A model generated the notes under the pieces. That model was not told the origin of the DNA. It did not search any database and was given only the letters and a program-made list of their open reading frames with translations. From a virus, in IMG/VR virus record IMGVR_UViG_3300042396_000450, positions 47,624-111,623 of that record: a stretch of 64,000 nt of DNA; one strand, given 5' to 3'. Position 1 is the stretch's first letter; each line of letters begins with the position of its first letter. This document shows positions 43,336 to 54,469 of this stretch, in pieces. The position numbers and the translations under genes are program-made.

Positions 43336-43753
43336 AATTAAAATGGGGTAAATTAATTACCCCAACTAAGGTTACTCTATGTCTAATAAATCATCTACAT
43401 CTTCTACTACATCTTCTGCAACTGGAACATCAGTTAATTGATTTACAACTAATGCAAGTGATTCACCTTTAGTTTTCCAATCAACTAAACTACTAATTAA
43501 CTTCAATAACTCAACATTAGTATAATTAAGTTCCTTAAACTCATCAACTATACGTGTTGAAGCATTCATAACTTCAGGATATAATGTGAGTATTGCTGCT
43601 AGTATTAATTCAAACTTACTCTTAATGTCAGTACCACATGACTCAGCATACTTGAGGATACCTGTTTTACTACGTTTAGGAACACCTGCTATTAAGGCTG
43701 CTATCTTTTTTCTAGTTTCATCATCCAATCCCAACTCAACCAATGAATTTTCT

Positions 43754-44107
43754 ATGTTATTAGCCACGATTGATTTCTCCAAAATTATAAGTGATCTTGC
43801 GCCTATCCTATCTGCTGCTGTTACGGGAATCGGCACTTATTTTCTTACCCGTAACAATAATGGTGATAAACTATCTCAACGTGAATACGACTATATAACT
43901 CAAGAGCGTAATCGTATTCAAGTATTAATAAATGATGAAATAACTCAGATACGTAAAGATAAGGATGAATTACGTACTGAATTGATTGAGATACGTAATA
44001 AGTTAACTGAGTTAGAGAAAGTTGAAGATGAATGTCAACTTAAACTATATCAGGCTCAAGTTATTATTACTCAACTACGGGATCATAACGCATCTAATAT
44101 GTCTTGA
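43754..44107 (+). CDS. Holin-like membrane protein (one TM segment + coiled coil)
   Basis: LAPILSAAVTGIGTYFL hydrophobic segment then a long coiled coil; late (+) strand; start inferred at the 43754 ATG. Confidence 0.45.
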   Translation: MLLATIDFSKIISDLAPILSAAVTGIGTYFLTRNNNGDKLSQREYDYITQERNRIQVLINDEITQIRKDKDELRTELIEIRNKLTELEKVEDECQLKLYQAQVIITQLRDHNASNMS

Positions 44108-44234
44108 TAACTAACATTAGATGATGTAACATTATCATCTAATAAATCAGCGTATGTTAGATGAAGATAATCCCGTAAATCTTCTCTATACTTATACCTA
44201 CTCGTCGAAAATATCCACCTTCAAACTTAGTCAT
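44083..44234 (-). pseudogene. Frameshifted small ORF ending in the SYQDILDAL tag
   Basis: ATG ACT AAG TTT GA / AGG TGG ATA...; one extra base gives MTKFxRWIFSTSRYKYREDLRDYLHLTYADLLDDNVTSSNVSYQDILDAL. Confidence 0.5.
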
Positions 44235-44733
44235 AAGTTACCAATCATAAGAATCCTCTGGGTTATTGAAACACCGAAAGATATGATCTTCCTCTGCATC
44301 ATAACCATTTAAATCCTCATGTATTACTTGACATTCACGGTTATTACCTGAATACCACACTTTAACATTTACTACACGTCGCATTTGTAATCGATCATTA
44401 ATCACATAAATAATTTGTCCAATTTTAGGTATCCAGAACTTATCTGATACATTAACCGTTCTACATCTATCTCGCCAACTAACAGCATCAGATTTATTAT
44501 GATATAACTTTCCTTGAAATTTCCAAGCTGGAACTTCTTCAATGTCACCGAGATTATTAGCATAGTAAATATCATTAGTTAGATACTTAGCTATGTTAAC
44601 TAACTCATTATATTCATTGTAGTTAGCTATCTTGAATGTATTAAGTTTATCAGGATCTATCACATCACCTCGTAATAGTCCATTGAATATAATAGCAGCT
44701 AACTCAGTATCAACACAACGATCAATAACAGGT

Positions 44734-45041
44734 CTATAATCCATAATACACTCCAGGTTTAGGTAAATCTCTATCAGGTAATCCAGTTATAATTGTAATT
44801 ATCTCTAAATCAATACTAGGTATATAATTACTTAAATACATAGAATTACATGACTTAAATGCTGTAAATAAATCAATTTCTCTATTAAAGAACTTATCAT
44901 CTACAGGTAAGAAACATAGGATTGATAATCATCTTCTTGTTCTAAACATAATGCTAGATGTTTAACACCGTTATAATTAACAATTCCCATCATTAAAAAA
45001 TCATACCATTCAGTATCTAATTGATATAGTAGTTTATTCAT
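44734..45041 (-). pseudogene. ~100-codon ORF with a 1-nt frameshift near 44920
   Basis: MNKLLYQLDTEWYDF...DDYQ continues in the shifted frame as LCFLPVDDKFF...GVYYGL, filling the gap between neighbours. Confidence 0.5.
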
Positions 45042-45810
45042 TCCAGTAATCGTACTCATTAATTGCTAATTTAGAAACAGTTTCAACTACAGCCGCCAAA
45101 TCACACTGGTATAAATTGCTACATGATAGGCTGTTCAACTCAAGTACATGATAACTACCATTGGCGAAACATACATCTACTGTATAGATATCATCTGGAC
45201 ACCAAGTTAATTCATTTAATATTGATTGAAGATATTCAATTGCTGCGTTAGATGTTACATTTGTTTCAATTGGCAGATATTGAGATCCTGCAACGATAGT
45301 ATTACCAGTAACTACAAATCTCCACTCCCAATCTACTTTTTTAACTGGTGAACTAATAACTAGTAACTCAGGATGGAGATTCAACTTAATGAACTCATCT
45401 CTAGTATAAGTTCCACCATTAAACTCCTTGAATCCAATATCAGGTCGAACAAATAATCTATCAGCATACCATCGTCTAATTAACTCAGATCCTGACATCA
45501 TGGTGTAATTGGTATTCAACATATACTTACCCCAGTAAGCATAATATGTTGAACAATTAAAGTTATCACGGTTACAATATGTGCCAGGAATCCATAGTGT
45601 GTACTCCACTTCACTACTTACATTAAGTGAACCTCTGAATATAACTGGTTGACTTAGTAGTTTAGTATATCGTTGATTACGTGCTATATCGTCAACGTAG
45701 TAATCATGCTTATAATCAATCTCAATCACATTATGACCTTGTTTTCTTACCTCTTCAATAAGTTGAACTTCGTTATCAAATATACCATGTTCAATAACCC
45801 AAGTGACCAT
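45034..45810 (-). CDS. ATP-grasp protein (DUF4343/R2K-like)
   Basis: LFVRPD..FKEFNG, EWRFVV, YTVDV, VLELNS. Confidence 0.75.
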   Translation of the reverse strand: MVTWVIEHGIFDNEVQLIEEVRKQGHNVIEIDYKHDYYVDDIARNQRYTKLLSQPVIFRGSLNVSSEVEYTLWIPGTYCNRDNFNCSTYYAYWGKYMLNTNYTMMSGSELIRRWYADRLFVRPDIGFKEFNGGTYTRDEFIKLNLHPELLVISSPVKKVDWEWRFVVTGNTIVAGSQYLPIETNVTSNAAIEYLQSILNELTWCPDDIYTVDVCFANGSYHVLELNSLSCSNLYQCDLAAVVETVSKLAINEYDYWNE

Positions 45811-46334
45811 AATTATTCTCCTAATGGATAAATGTCATCTAAAAACACTAACTTAACCCAATACATATCTAATGTAAGATCCTTAGTTATTGATACTACA
45901 TCAGCATAAGTACCCCAGAAATAAACATAACCAGTATCTAATAACCTGAGAGCTTCTGACTCAGTAAGAAAAATAGTTATGGTTCTGATTGATGTAAATA
46001 TCATGAGTTTAAGTAATCATATTCTTCCCAATACTTATCTCTGAATTTATAAAGTATCTCTAAATTTTCATTACCGTAATCACCTAATGACAACACTCTA
46101 TTAATAGTATATTGCCAATGATGAGCTTTATCATAATAAGGTGTTATTTTAATGTGACAGTAACATCCATCAACTGCAACATCATATATCTGATTAGCTA
46201 ATATCCAAGTGTCACGATGGGCTAATTTAGCTGCATTATGAGAATCCATACAATCTTGATAGTTTGTATAACTTTCATATTCAACATCATATAACAATCG
46301 TATTATCTCTTGTATCTTATTCCACTTAACATCA

Positions 46335-46748
46335 TTACTTAACATATTTAACCTGCTTAATAATGTAAATAACTACACATAGAATCATTATGGCGGGAAT
46401 AATATGGATGGCGCGATCTACACACAACTTATTATGTATGTTGACATACTGCCAAGATAGACTAACAAATAAACTTGGTATGCCTATATCTATTAGTATC
46501 TCAACTATGTGAAGTAGTGATCTGTATAAGCTTGACTTCCGCGAGTTATCGTATTCACGTTGAATCTCTAACCAGTAATGTTCATCATGTCCTAATAGTA
46601 TAGCTAGATGTTTAGCTAGATATTCATTAATTGGTTTAACACCTTCAATAGTAAGTAATATGTCTGATTCACTATATCCAGTTGATTTAGCTATCTGAGA
46701 TATAGTTACATTACTATTTATTATTGTTGTTCCAAGTTTATCGTTCAT
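46335..46748 (-). CDS. HigA-like HTH protein with C-terminal hydrophobic segments
   Basis: TISQIAKSTG...G..PINEYLAKHLA..LG....WLEIQREYD. Confidence 0.6.
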   Translation of the reverse strand: MNDKLGTTIINSNVTISQIAKSTGYSESDILLTIEGVKPINEYLAKHLAILLGHDEHYWLEIQREYDNSRKSSLYRSLLHIVEILIDIGIPSLFVSLSWQYVNIHNKLCVDRAIHIIPAIMILCVVIYIIKQVKYVK

Positions 46749-47132
46749 AATTACTCCCTATACATTCTGTTACCCGTAGAACTATAACCAATTTAAGTGC
46801 ATCTACTATTAAATCAACTAACCATTCATCTACATCAACAACTAGATTGTACCAATTAACATTATCACTTGATGTTTGAACAACCCAATCTTGATATACA
46901 GATGGCTTCCTTGACACATCTATTTTTCTTACGTACTTTATATCTTCTCTATTCATCAGAATCTTCTCCATTAAGAAATTGAGTTAATGTTGCATTAGGA
47001 TAATGCTTTTTACAATCTTTATAAGCTTGATATTTGCTGTATTTAGCAGGAGAATATTTAACTTCAGATTTATCGTCTATTGCAAATACATATTGAATCA
47101 TATTATTAAGCGGGCTATTAACCCGCACTACT

Positions 47133-48278
47133 CTAACCTTCTTTAACGAATGGATAATTAAAATCAATACGACCTTCTCTCATAGCTGCAATATCCCATC
47201 GTTCAGTTGTATTGCAAGTGAAGATTGTAATGATTTGAGGTAAACGAGTTTGTTCAAATGGTGTAATAGCTGTATAGACATTACCATCTAACCAAGATAA
47301 CATCTTCTCAGTTGCGCCATCATTATTAGATGTCCGACTTGGAGCTATGTTATCTGCATCATTAACAACTATGGCTATTTTAGATAGGTATGCTGGAGGT
47401 GTAAAACTTCTCATACTAGCACTATCCATGTTGATGATGATGTAACCTAGTTTAGATAACACTTCCTTACAATAGGAGTTACTCCAACTAGTTTTACCAA
47501 CACCGGGTTCTCCAGTTAATATTACATTGAGTTTATTAATCTCACCTAACTCAAGTTGTTTAACTTTATCATTAATAACATTAGTTAATTCAGCATTATT
47601 AACGAAACTACTTAATTCATAGTTAGCATTAGGATAACCAATTTGATAATTATCACTTGTTATATAAGCTGCTAAATTAGATGCAGCTTTATCAATGTAA
47701 CTATGTAATGTAGTTTCATCAGCAAAACTAACTCTAATACGCGGATTGTCCCCATATTGAGTATGGATAATACACGTTGCGTTATCCCATTTAACTTCGA
47801 TAGTTCCAACTAAAGTTAACTTAGCAACATCTACATTAACATCATGTGATAGAAATACTCTACGACTATCATCCCATACGTATTGAATAATACTATTAGG
47901 TAGACCAAGTAAATTAACTATTCGATAGATAATACTTAATTGAAGTAGGTCTAATATGTGAGGTTTATTATTGCTATTATTAACCTTCCCAGTATTACGA
48001 GTTGTATCATCTACACTAATGTAGTAGAACCCACCTTCATCTTCGATATTACACTTACTAGTTTCAACGATGAACGTATCCCAACTATCAGATACAGTTT
48101 CGCTAAATAGAGCAATAATATTAGCTATAGGATGTCTAGTTACATTGAACAATTCATTACTAACTGTAGATATAAACTTACCTGCATTCCAGAGATTAAT
48201 GCGCGATATATCAATCTCAGGAGTGAATATTTCCCAACCTTCAGCTACTAGTTGAGCAATTTCTGTTTGTTTAGACAT
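47133..48278 (-). CDS. AAA+ ATPase
   Basis: GEPGVGKT, VVNDAD, LSWLDG, FTCN, AAMREGRID. Confidence 0.8.
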   Translation of the reverse strand: MSKQTEIAQLVAEGWEIFTPEIDISRINLWNAGKFISTVSNELFNVTRHPIANIIALFSETVSDSWDTFIVETSKCNIEDEGGFYYISVDDTTRNTGKVNNSNNKPHILDLLQLSIIYRIVNLLGLPNSIIQYVWDDSRRVFLSHDVNVDVAKLTLVGTIEVKWDNATCIIHTQYGDNPRIRVSFADETTLHSYIDKAASNLAAYITSDNYQIGYPNANYELSSFVNNAELTNVINDKVKQLELGEINKLNVILTGEPGVGKTSWSNSYCKEVLSKLGYIIINMDSASMRSFTPPAYLSKIAIVVNDADNIAPSRTSNNDGATEKMLSWLDGNVYTAITPFEQTRLPQIITIFTCNTTERWDIAAMREGRIDFNYPFVKEG

Positions 48279-48707
48279 TTTAATTCCTTTTTCTTACGTT
48301 GTTTAAATAGTGACTTGAATTTGCGTCGTCTACTCATTAATCAATGATTCAAGTTTCTGTTTAGCTTCAACAGTTTTCATTAACTCAGTGTTATAAATAT
48401 CCATGATCTTACTTGCCCATTCACCTAGAGATCTTTTACGTATACCATAGTTCATGTGCATATACATAACCTGCTCAACTAATTTCATAGCTAATACTGG
48501 ACTTTTAATTTGATCTGGAACATCGTTGAGAAAATCAAAGAACTGATTATCTTTCATTAACTTATAATCTTTAACTGCCTCCTTACGTGGAAACCAATTA
48601 TAGTTAGCCATAAATCGAAAGTTATGAATCATTGCATCAAGACGTTTAAACATATAACACCTATCTGACTTATATACGTCAATTTTACAATTAAGACAAT
48701 TATACAT

Positions 48708-50006
48708 CTAGATTTTCTCTCTATATGTACCACCACTCTGAAGACTAATGCGACGGAGATCCGCATTCTTACTATCTAATATGAAACTATGCAATTTAGC
48801 TCCTTTAAGCATAGACAATGTTATGTTACCAGCATAATCATCACCATCATTAACCACTACAAGATGTTTGTCCTTAGCACTTATTTGATTAGGATGTTCA
48901 GCAGCTATCTTATCTGCTTGAAGTAATGCCTCAACTATACAATTACCAACTTCAGTACCTCCTTCATTAAAACCCTCATTTTTAATAACTGAATTGAAGA
49001 AACTACTTATATCAGCATAATCAAATGGGAGAAAGTAGAATTTATGACAATGTTCCTCAAAGAAAGAGAAGTTGAGCCAACATTCGCCAGCATAAACACG
49101 TTTAACTAGGTTATATATAATCCCCATAGCTTTATAGTTCTTATTGGCAGAACGCATAGATGCACTATTATCAACTATTAAGTTAACAAATGGAATCTTG
49201 GATTGTTTTTCATACCTTTCATTAACATGACATTCATTCTCAATGATCCGCGAATTAAGTACATTGCGAGGTAGTATTAACTCTCTCGGTGGTATCTTAT
49301 GCAGTTCATCAAATCCAGTTATGGGACGACTACGAACTATATCTCCATTAACTTTACGTATTAATGTAGGAGTTGGTGCAGTAGAAAGCGCAGCTATCTT
49401 ATTCATAACAGCACTAACACGTAGTATCTCAGTCCAGGATTTGTCCAATTTAGCAGCACGATTTACGTCATTTACATCATTATTACCAGTTATCTTCATG
49501 TCAACTGAATCCATTGACTTAGCTGCTTCTAATTTCTTCTTAATACTAACTGCTAATTGTTTAGCTCTTCCTCTACTCATGTCTTGATCTTTATCAAGAA
49601 ACTTTATAGTATTAATAGCTTGTTCGAGGGGACTATCTCCTGGAACATCTACACCCATTATTTCTTTAATAAACTCCTGAGTATCAGTTTGAACCTTTAC
49701 GTCATGTTTATGCCATTCATCTTGAGCCTGACTTAGCTTGGTTACAGTTCCACCGCTAGGTAACTTATATTCACCATTAGACTCAGTATGTAGATTGCGA
49801 TAATTAGTATTACTTCTGATATGTTTAAGAGTAGTTAATTGACCACCACTCCACATATTAGCTAGATCCGTCACTAATTCTTCATCATAATGCGCGACAT
49901 TCATCTCACTTGTCATTTGACGTATTTCCCTTGGAAATACAGTGTAATAACTACTTGCTTCTGTTCTAATTGTCATAGTAATAGTGGGGATAATACGTCC
50001 CCACAT
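48708..50006 (-). CDS. VWA-domain protein (ViaA-like), copy 2
   Basis: MIDAS DNSAS, GGT, NDG. Confidence 0.8.
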   Translation of the reverse strand: MWGRIIPTITMTIRTEASSYYTVFPREIRQMTSEMNVAHYDEELVTDLANMWSGGQLTTLKHIRSNTNYRNLHTESNGEYKLPSGGTVTKLSQAQDEWHKHDVKVQTDTQEFIKEIMGVDVPGDSPLEQAINTIKFLDKDQDMSRGRAKQLAVSIKKKLEAAKSMDSVDMKITGNNDVNDVNRAAKLDKSWTEILRVSAVMNKIAALSTAPTPTLIRKVNGDIVRSRPITGFDELHKIPPRELILPRNVLNSRIIENECHVNERYEKQSKIPFVNLIVDNSASMRSANKNYKAMGIIYNLVKRVYAGECWLNFSFFEEHCHKFYFLPFDYADISSFFNSVIKNEGFNEGGTEVGNCIVEALLQADKIAAEHPNQISAKDKHLVVVNDGDDYAGNITLSMLKGAKLHSFILDSKNADLRRISLQSGGTYREKI

Positions 50007-50014
50007 AATGTTAA

Positions 50015-51190
50015 TTACTTAGTTACTGTTGCAGATGCTAATGCAGGAATTTCATTCATAGTTTTTCTAGCTTGATTACCTACCGTGTTAATAAGATCAT
50101 TTCTCTCTTTAACTAAACTATCTGGAATATTACTAACCTTAATAATTTCACCCTCCATAAGTTGAAGTGAATTAACTAGAGCAAATATAGATACAACATC
50201 TTTTTTCGCCTTATATTCATTAATCTTATCAACGGCTCTATCAAAGTGAGTCTTAAATGTATCAAGACTAGATTTAGCATCATTGTAAATCTTCTGTTGT
50301 TGTATTTCTTCTTCTAAGTTAGATAGAAGTGATTGATCCCAACTTGGAAGATAATTGAGTACATTAAGTTGTTCAATAGTAGCAACTGATTTATTACTCA
50401 GTAACGCCTGAGACTTAATCATATTAATAGTCCACATAAACATACGAGGACTAATAATACGACCTTCATTACCAGATTTCTCAGCTAGAGAACACAGAAT
50501 ACCTTGTAACTCGCTATCTAATTTAACTTCTTCACGAGAAATACGAGCTTCATCAATCTGAGCAATAGTTAACTTGCTATCATCATTCTTCTTATTACTA
50601 ATAGCACGAATTAATCTAGAATAATCACTACTATCATGACTATCCCATTCATGACGTACAATAATGAAACGTTGAAGAAACGCATCACATGAATTAACTT
50701 CAGATGGTGGTAATTCTTCTATACGAACATAAGGATTAACGTTAGTTGCTCCAACTAACAACCTATTAATACTCTTAACTACTTCGCCATTAAGTGTTAA
50801 TTGCTTATTAGTAATTATAGCTTTAAGTACGCTAAGTGCTTGAAAACTAGCATCTAACATCTCTTCATAAAAGAAGCTATGATTACGTAATATACTAGCT
50901 CCTACATTATAGTGAGCTAATGTAATGTCTTCCTTATCAGTCTTAGTAGTACGAGCTATTGCACCACCTTTAATTAAACTAGCTGTAGTCTCAGGATCAC
51001 ACTCTAACATTGCAGATGATCCATCAATGTTGTCAAATACAGCTTTAATCATCTCAGTTTTACCGTATCCTCCCTTACCATATAACATAAGAGGAATACC
51101 AGATACAACAGCTAATTCCATAGAGTTAGCAAATGTAGCGGTGTTAATAAATCCAGCGTTAGATAAAACGTTGTTTAAATTGAATGTCAT
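50015..51190 (-). CDS. MoxR/RavA-like AAA+ ATPase, copy 2
   Basis: GKGGYGKT, FFYEEMLDA, GATN, AFLQRF, ISPR. Confidence 0.8.
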   Translation of the reverse strand: MTFNLNNVLSNAGFINTATFANSMELAVVSGIPLMLYGKGGYGKTEMIKAVFDNIDGSSAMLECDPETTASLIKGGAIARTTKTDKEDITLAHYNVGASILRNHSFFYEEMLDASFQALSVLKAIITNKQLTLNGEVVKSINRLLVGATNVNPYVRIEELPPSEVNSCDAFLQRFIIVRHEWDSHDSSDYSRLIRAISNKKNDDSKLTIAQIDEARISREEVKLDSELQGILCSLAEKSGNEGRIISPRMFMWTINMIKSQALLSNKSVATIEQLNVLNYLPSWDQSLLSNLEEEIQQQKIYNDAKSSLDTFKTHFDRAVDKINEYKAKKDVVSIFALVNSLQLMEGEIIKVSNIPDSLVKERNDLINTVGNQARKTMNEIPALASATVTK

Positions 51191-51199
51191 GTGATTCTC

Positions 51200-52345
51200 C
51201 TAGATATGATTACGATATGTACCACCACTAGCAATAGATAACTTCTGTAAGTTATAATTACTGCTATCTAATATAAAACTATGTAACTTAAATCCATCTA
51301 AATCAGGTAGAGTTAAGTTACATTCATCTTGACCATCATTAATTACAATTAGTTGTTTATTAGTTGATATTACACCTCTAGACTTACTAATAGCCTCTTT
51401 AATACACCTCTGAACATCAGTACCCCCTTTATCAAATGATGTATGATAGATAGCATTCCAGATACTAGTAACATCTGAATCCTTAGTTACGTGATACCAA
51501 TCGAAACAAGTTCTCTCAAAGTAAGAAAAAAGTAGTTCACACTCGCCCGATTGGACACGCTTAATTATGTTGAATATGATACCAAGAGCCTTATTCATCT
51601 TGTTATCACGTTGCATAGAACCACTAACATCACATATTAGCGTTATAAATGAAAGTTTATCCTCCTTCCGATATCGTTCAATAATGTGAGATTCATTATT
51701 AATGATGCGATAACTGAGATAATTAACTGGATTAATCAACTCAATTGGATTGATTAGATTAAGTTCATCAAATCCGCGTATAGGTCTAGTTTCGCAGTAT
51801 TCACCAGTAGAATCGGCGATCATAGTATTACTAGTATCTATGATACCTAACTTATCAAGAGTGTCACTAGCACGTAATACCTCAGCTAATTTATAACTGA
51901 TTTCACCAGATAGAAGTAACTTCTCATCGGCGGATCTACGTCTCAGTGATTTAACAGTTTCCTTAATACTCTTAACCTTTTTTCTTACCTCATGATTATT
52001 ATTGAATATTGGTAATGTTAATTCACTATTACTATTATCATCACCAGTTTCACCATTAGCTAATAACTCAAGTATGTTAAATACTTGTTCTAATGGAGAT
52101 CCCGATAAACTACTAGCTAATGATGGTACTTTCTCTAGGAAAGATTGAACATTGACTTCATAATCAATGTTATCTATACACTGTTGCTGCATATATTCAA
52201 CTGAAGTTAATGTACCTCCAGTTAACATATTAAACATATCAGTAACTAAAGTAGGACAATAGTTATAAATGTCGAATTTAGCAGCAACTACATCCATTTC
52301 ATCAGTAGTTGGAGTAACTGCATCTAGATGTGCGATAGTTCTCAT
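51200..52345 (-). CDS. VWA-domain protein (ViaA-like), copy 1
   Basis: MIDAS DVSGS, GGTD, NDG; paralog of 48708..50006. Confidence 0.8.
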   Translation of the reverse strand: MRTIAHLDAVTPTTDEMDVVAAKFDIYNYCPTLVTDMFNMLTGGTLTSVEYMQQQCIDNIDYEVNVQSFLEKVPSLASSLSGSPLEQVFNILELLANGETGDDNSNSELTLPIFNNNHEVRKKVKSIKETVKSLRRRSADEKLLLSGEISYKLAEVLRASDTLDKLGIIDTSNTMIADSTGEYCETRPIRGFDELNLINPIELINPVNYLSYRIINNESHIIERYRKEDKLSFITLICDVSGSMQRDNKMNKALGIIFNIIKRVQSGECELLFSYFERTCFDWYHVTKDSDVTSIWNAIYHTSFDKGGTDVQRCIKEAISKSRGVISTNKQLIVINDGQDECNLTLPDLDGFKLHSFILDSSNYNLQKLSIASGGTYRNHI

Positions 52346-53520
52346 AGTTGAATTGGAGTTAATAACTTATCTAGTTTTATTGCAACTTCATTTAACAGAG
52401 ATTTAAACTGCAACTTAACTTCATTGTATTTAACTTCAGTATCATCATCATACGTAACTGTAGTTAGAAACTCATCATATAACTTAGTTATAGATAAATG
52501 AAGTGTTTGTAAATGCCAATATAATTCCAAGTTATTAAAATCAAAATTAGTTGATTCTTCATACATTTTCTTAACTTTAACTAATCTACTACTAAAGTTA
52601 TCTAACTTTTCATTAGATACCTGTCTCAATTCAATCTCCTCAATTGCTTCATCAACTTCATCCCAATCAACGCTCCAGTAACTTAGATAATCAATAACTC
52701 TGAAATCACATCTCTCAACTACATTAGACCCACGCAATAATGCAGCACTTTTAATTAATCGCACTGTCCATTGAAATGCTCTAGGACTAACAGTATTACC
52801 ACTATTAGCACTATCTTCAGCTAACTTAGCTAATAGTCGCCATAAGTCAATATTAAATTCAATTAATTTAACATCATTACGCCATTTATCAATGTCAGTT
52901 AACTCAAATTGAACAACTGGTAATTCGTTAACTGATGGATATAATGCAATATAATCGTCAGCATTATGAGATTTCCAACCATGTTCAACTATCATGAACC
53001 TCTGAAGAAATGCAGCACAACTATTACGTTGATTCTCACGTACTGTAGATGTTACAGATGTGGGATTAATGTTAGTCGCACATACTAGAATCTTACAATT
53101 ATTAATGATCTCATCACCATTAATATGTATTTTCTTACCTGTAATCACAGCCTTCAGGAAACTAAGTGCATTGAAACTCGCATCTAATACTTCTTCTAAC
53201 ATGAAGTAGTCATGCTGTAGTAGCGAATTAGCCACATTGTAATACGCTTCAGTTAAACTACCACCTTCTTGATTAATGGTTCTTGCAATTGCGCCACCTT
53301 TAATAGCAGCACTAGTTGTTTCAGGATCACATTCAAGCATTCCGAAACGTCCATTGAACAGAGATAATGCACTAATTAACATCTCTGATTTACCATATCC
53401 ACCTTCACCATGATAGATGATTGGGATGTCAGCTAATACGCTCAACATAAATGTATCGGCAAACTCATCTACATTAATAAATCCATCATTATTGAGCTTA
53501 TTGATTAAGTTATCTAACAT
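52342..53520 (-). CDS. MoxR/RavA-like AAA+ ATPase, copy 1
   Basis: GEGGYGKS, MLEEVLDA, CATN, AFLQRF, VSPR. Confidence 0.8.
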   Translation of the reverse strand: MLDNLINKLNNDGFINVDEFADTFMLSVLADIPIIYHGEGGYGKSEMLISALSLFNGRFGMLECDPETTSAAIKGGAIARTINQEGGSLTEAYYNVANSLLQHDYFMLEEVLDASFNALSFLKAVITGKKIHINGDEIINNCKILVCATNINPTSVTSTVRENQRNSCAAFLQRFMIVEHGWKSHNADDYIALYPSVNELPVVQFELTDIDKWRNDVKLIEFNIDLWRLLAKLAEDSANSGNTVSPRAFQWTVRLIKSAALLRGSNVVERCDFRVIDYLSYWSVDWDEVDEAIEEIELRQVSNEKLDNFSSRLVKVKKMYEESTNFDFNNLELYWHLQTLHLSITKLYDEFLTTVTYDDDTEVKYNEVKLQFKSLLNEVAIKLDKLLTPIQL

Positions 53521-53582
53521 GGAAACTCCTATTTATTTAATTCTTTGATGCGACGCATGAATACGGTGTAGTTGCTAAATCT

Positions 53583-54080
53583 TCAAGCCAATCTATAACC
53601 TTGATTATATATTGTCGCATATTTAATCACTCCCATATCAGAAAAGTTGTCTATGAAGCGTTGAATTATCGCAGTATCCTGACTTAGTAAGAAAAAAGAA
53701 GAGTAATGCGCCGGATTACGTCCTGGTTGGAGATAATTGGGGTTACTAACACCATTAACCTCAGTTCTACCATCTATCCAATTAATACGGCTGCGACACT
53801 TAACATGAACATAGGTTTCAAGTTCAGGTACTTGCCAGCATACAGACTCACTGTAACCAGCAAATATGATGTTAACACTCTTATCATTCTCGTATGTCTC
53901 AATTGCTTTAATTGCCGCACGACTAGCAGGAATGGGCGGATTACAATATACATTACCAGTCCAATCTAATTCATAGCCGCCTGTACCATCAGGAGGAAAT
54001 GGATCTAAAGTTACACCTAATGTTGAATTAACTTTATCCCAAATATATGGTGGTGTATACCAACTACTACTATTAGACAT
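53583..54080 (-). CDS. Phage DNA N6-adenine methyltransferase-like protein (atypical NPPI motif)
   Basis: WYTPP, LDP, W.GNVYCNPP, RINW pattern of small phage Dam-family MTases. Confidence 0.6.
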   Translation of the reverse strand: MSNSSSWYTPPYIWDKVNSTLGVTLDPFPPDGTGGYELDWTGNVYCNPPIPASRAAIKAIETYENDKSVNIIFAGYSESVCWQVPELETYVHVKCRSRINWIDGRTEVNGVSNPNYLQPGRNPAHYSSFFLLSQDTAIIQRFIDNFSDMGVIKYATIYNQGYRLA

Positions 54081-54469
54081 TAATCAAGTACCTCTTAGCT
54101 ATATGAAACCAGTGTGGACACAAATCACTTAACTTACTCATCAGATACTCAGTTTGTCCAGGTAGGCATGGTTTAACATCGCGTTTATGAATGCGGCGTT
54201 TAACTGTAATTAGTTGTCTTTTTCTAGTTACATAACTGAAATATTTCTTACCTATTGAGTTATAGCAAAATCCAAGAACATCGGGTTTAAGTTTAGTTAC
54301 TGGTATACAAGCTCCCCATTTACCATCTTTAATTAAAATTAAATCACCTCTCTTATTTACACCATCGGATTCTATTAGTATCAGATAATCAGGATTACTA
54401 ATTGCATAATGGAACAACACTGACCAAGTGTAATTCGCAACTAATTTACAGTCAGTACGTTTACTCTCG

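Noticed and set aside
48330-50006. Genome-wide TAG/TAA reassignment (the VWA TAG is followed in frame by an ATG; in-frame stops in small ORFs)
   Set aside because: Both VWA paralogs end at the same position with TAG, long genes are uninterrupted under the standard code, and TAA/TAG terminate conserved proteins at the expected ends
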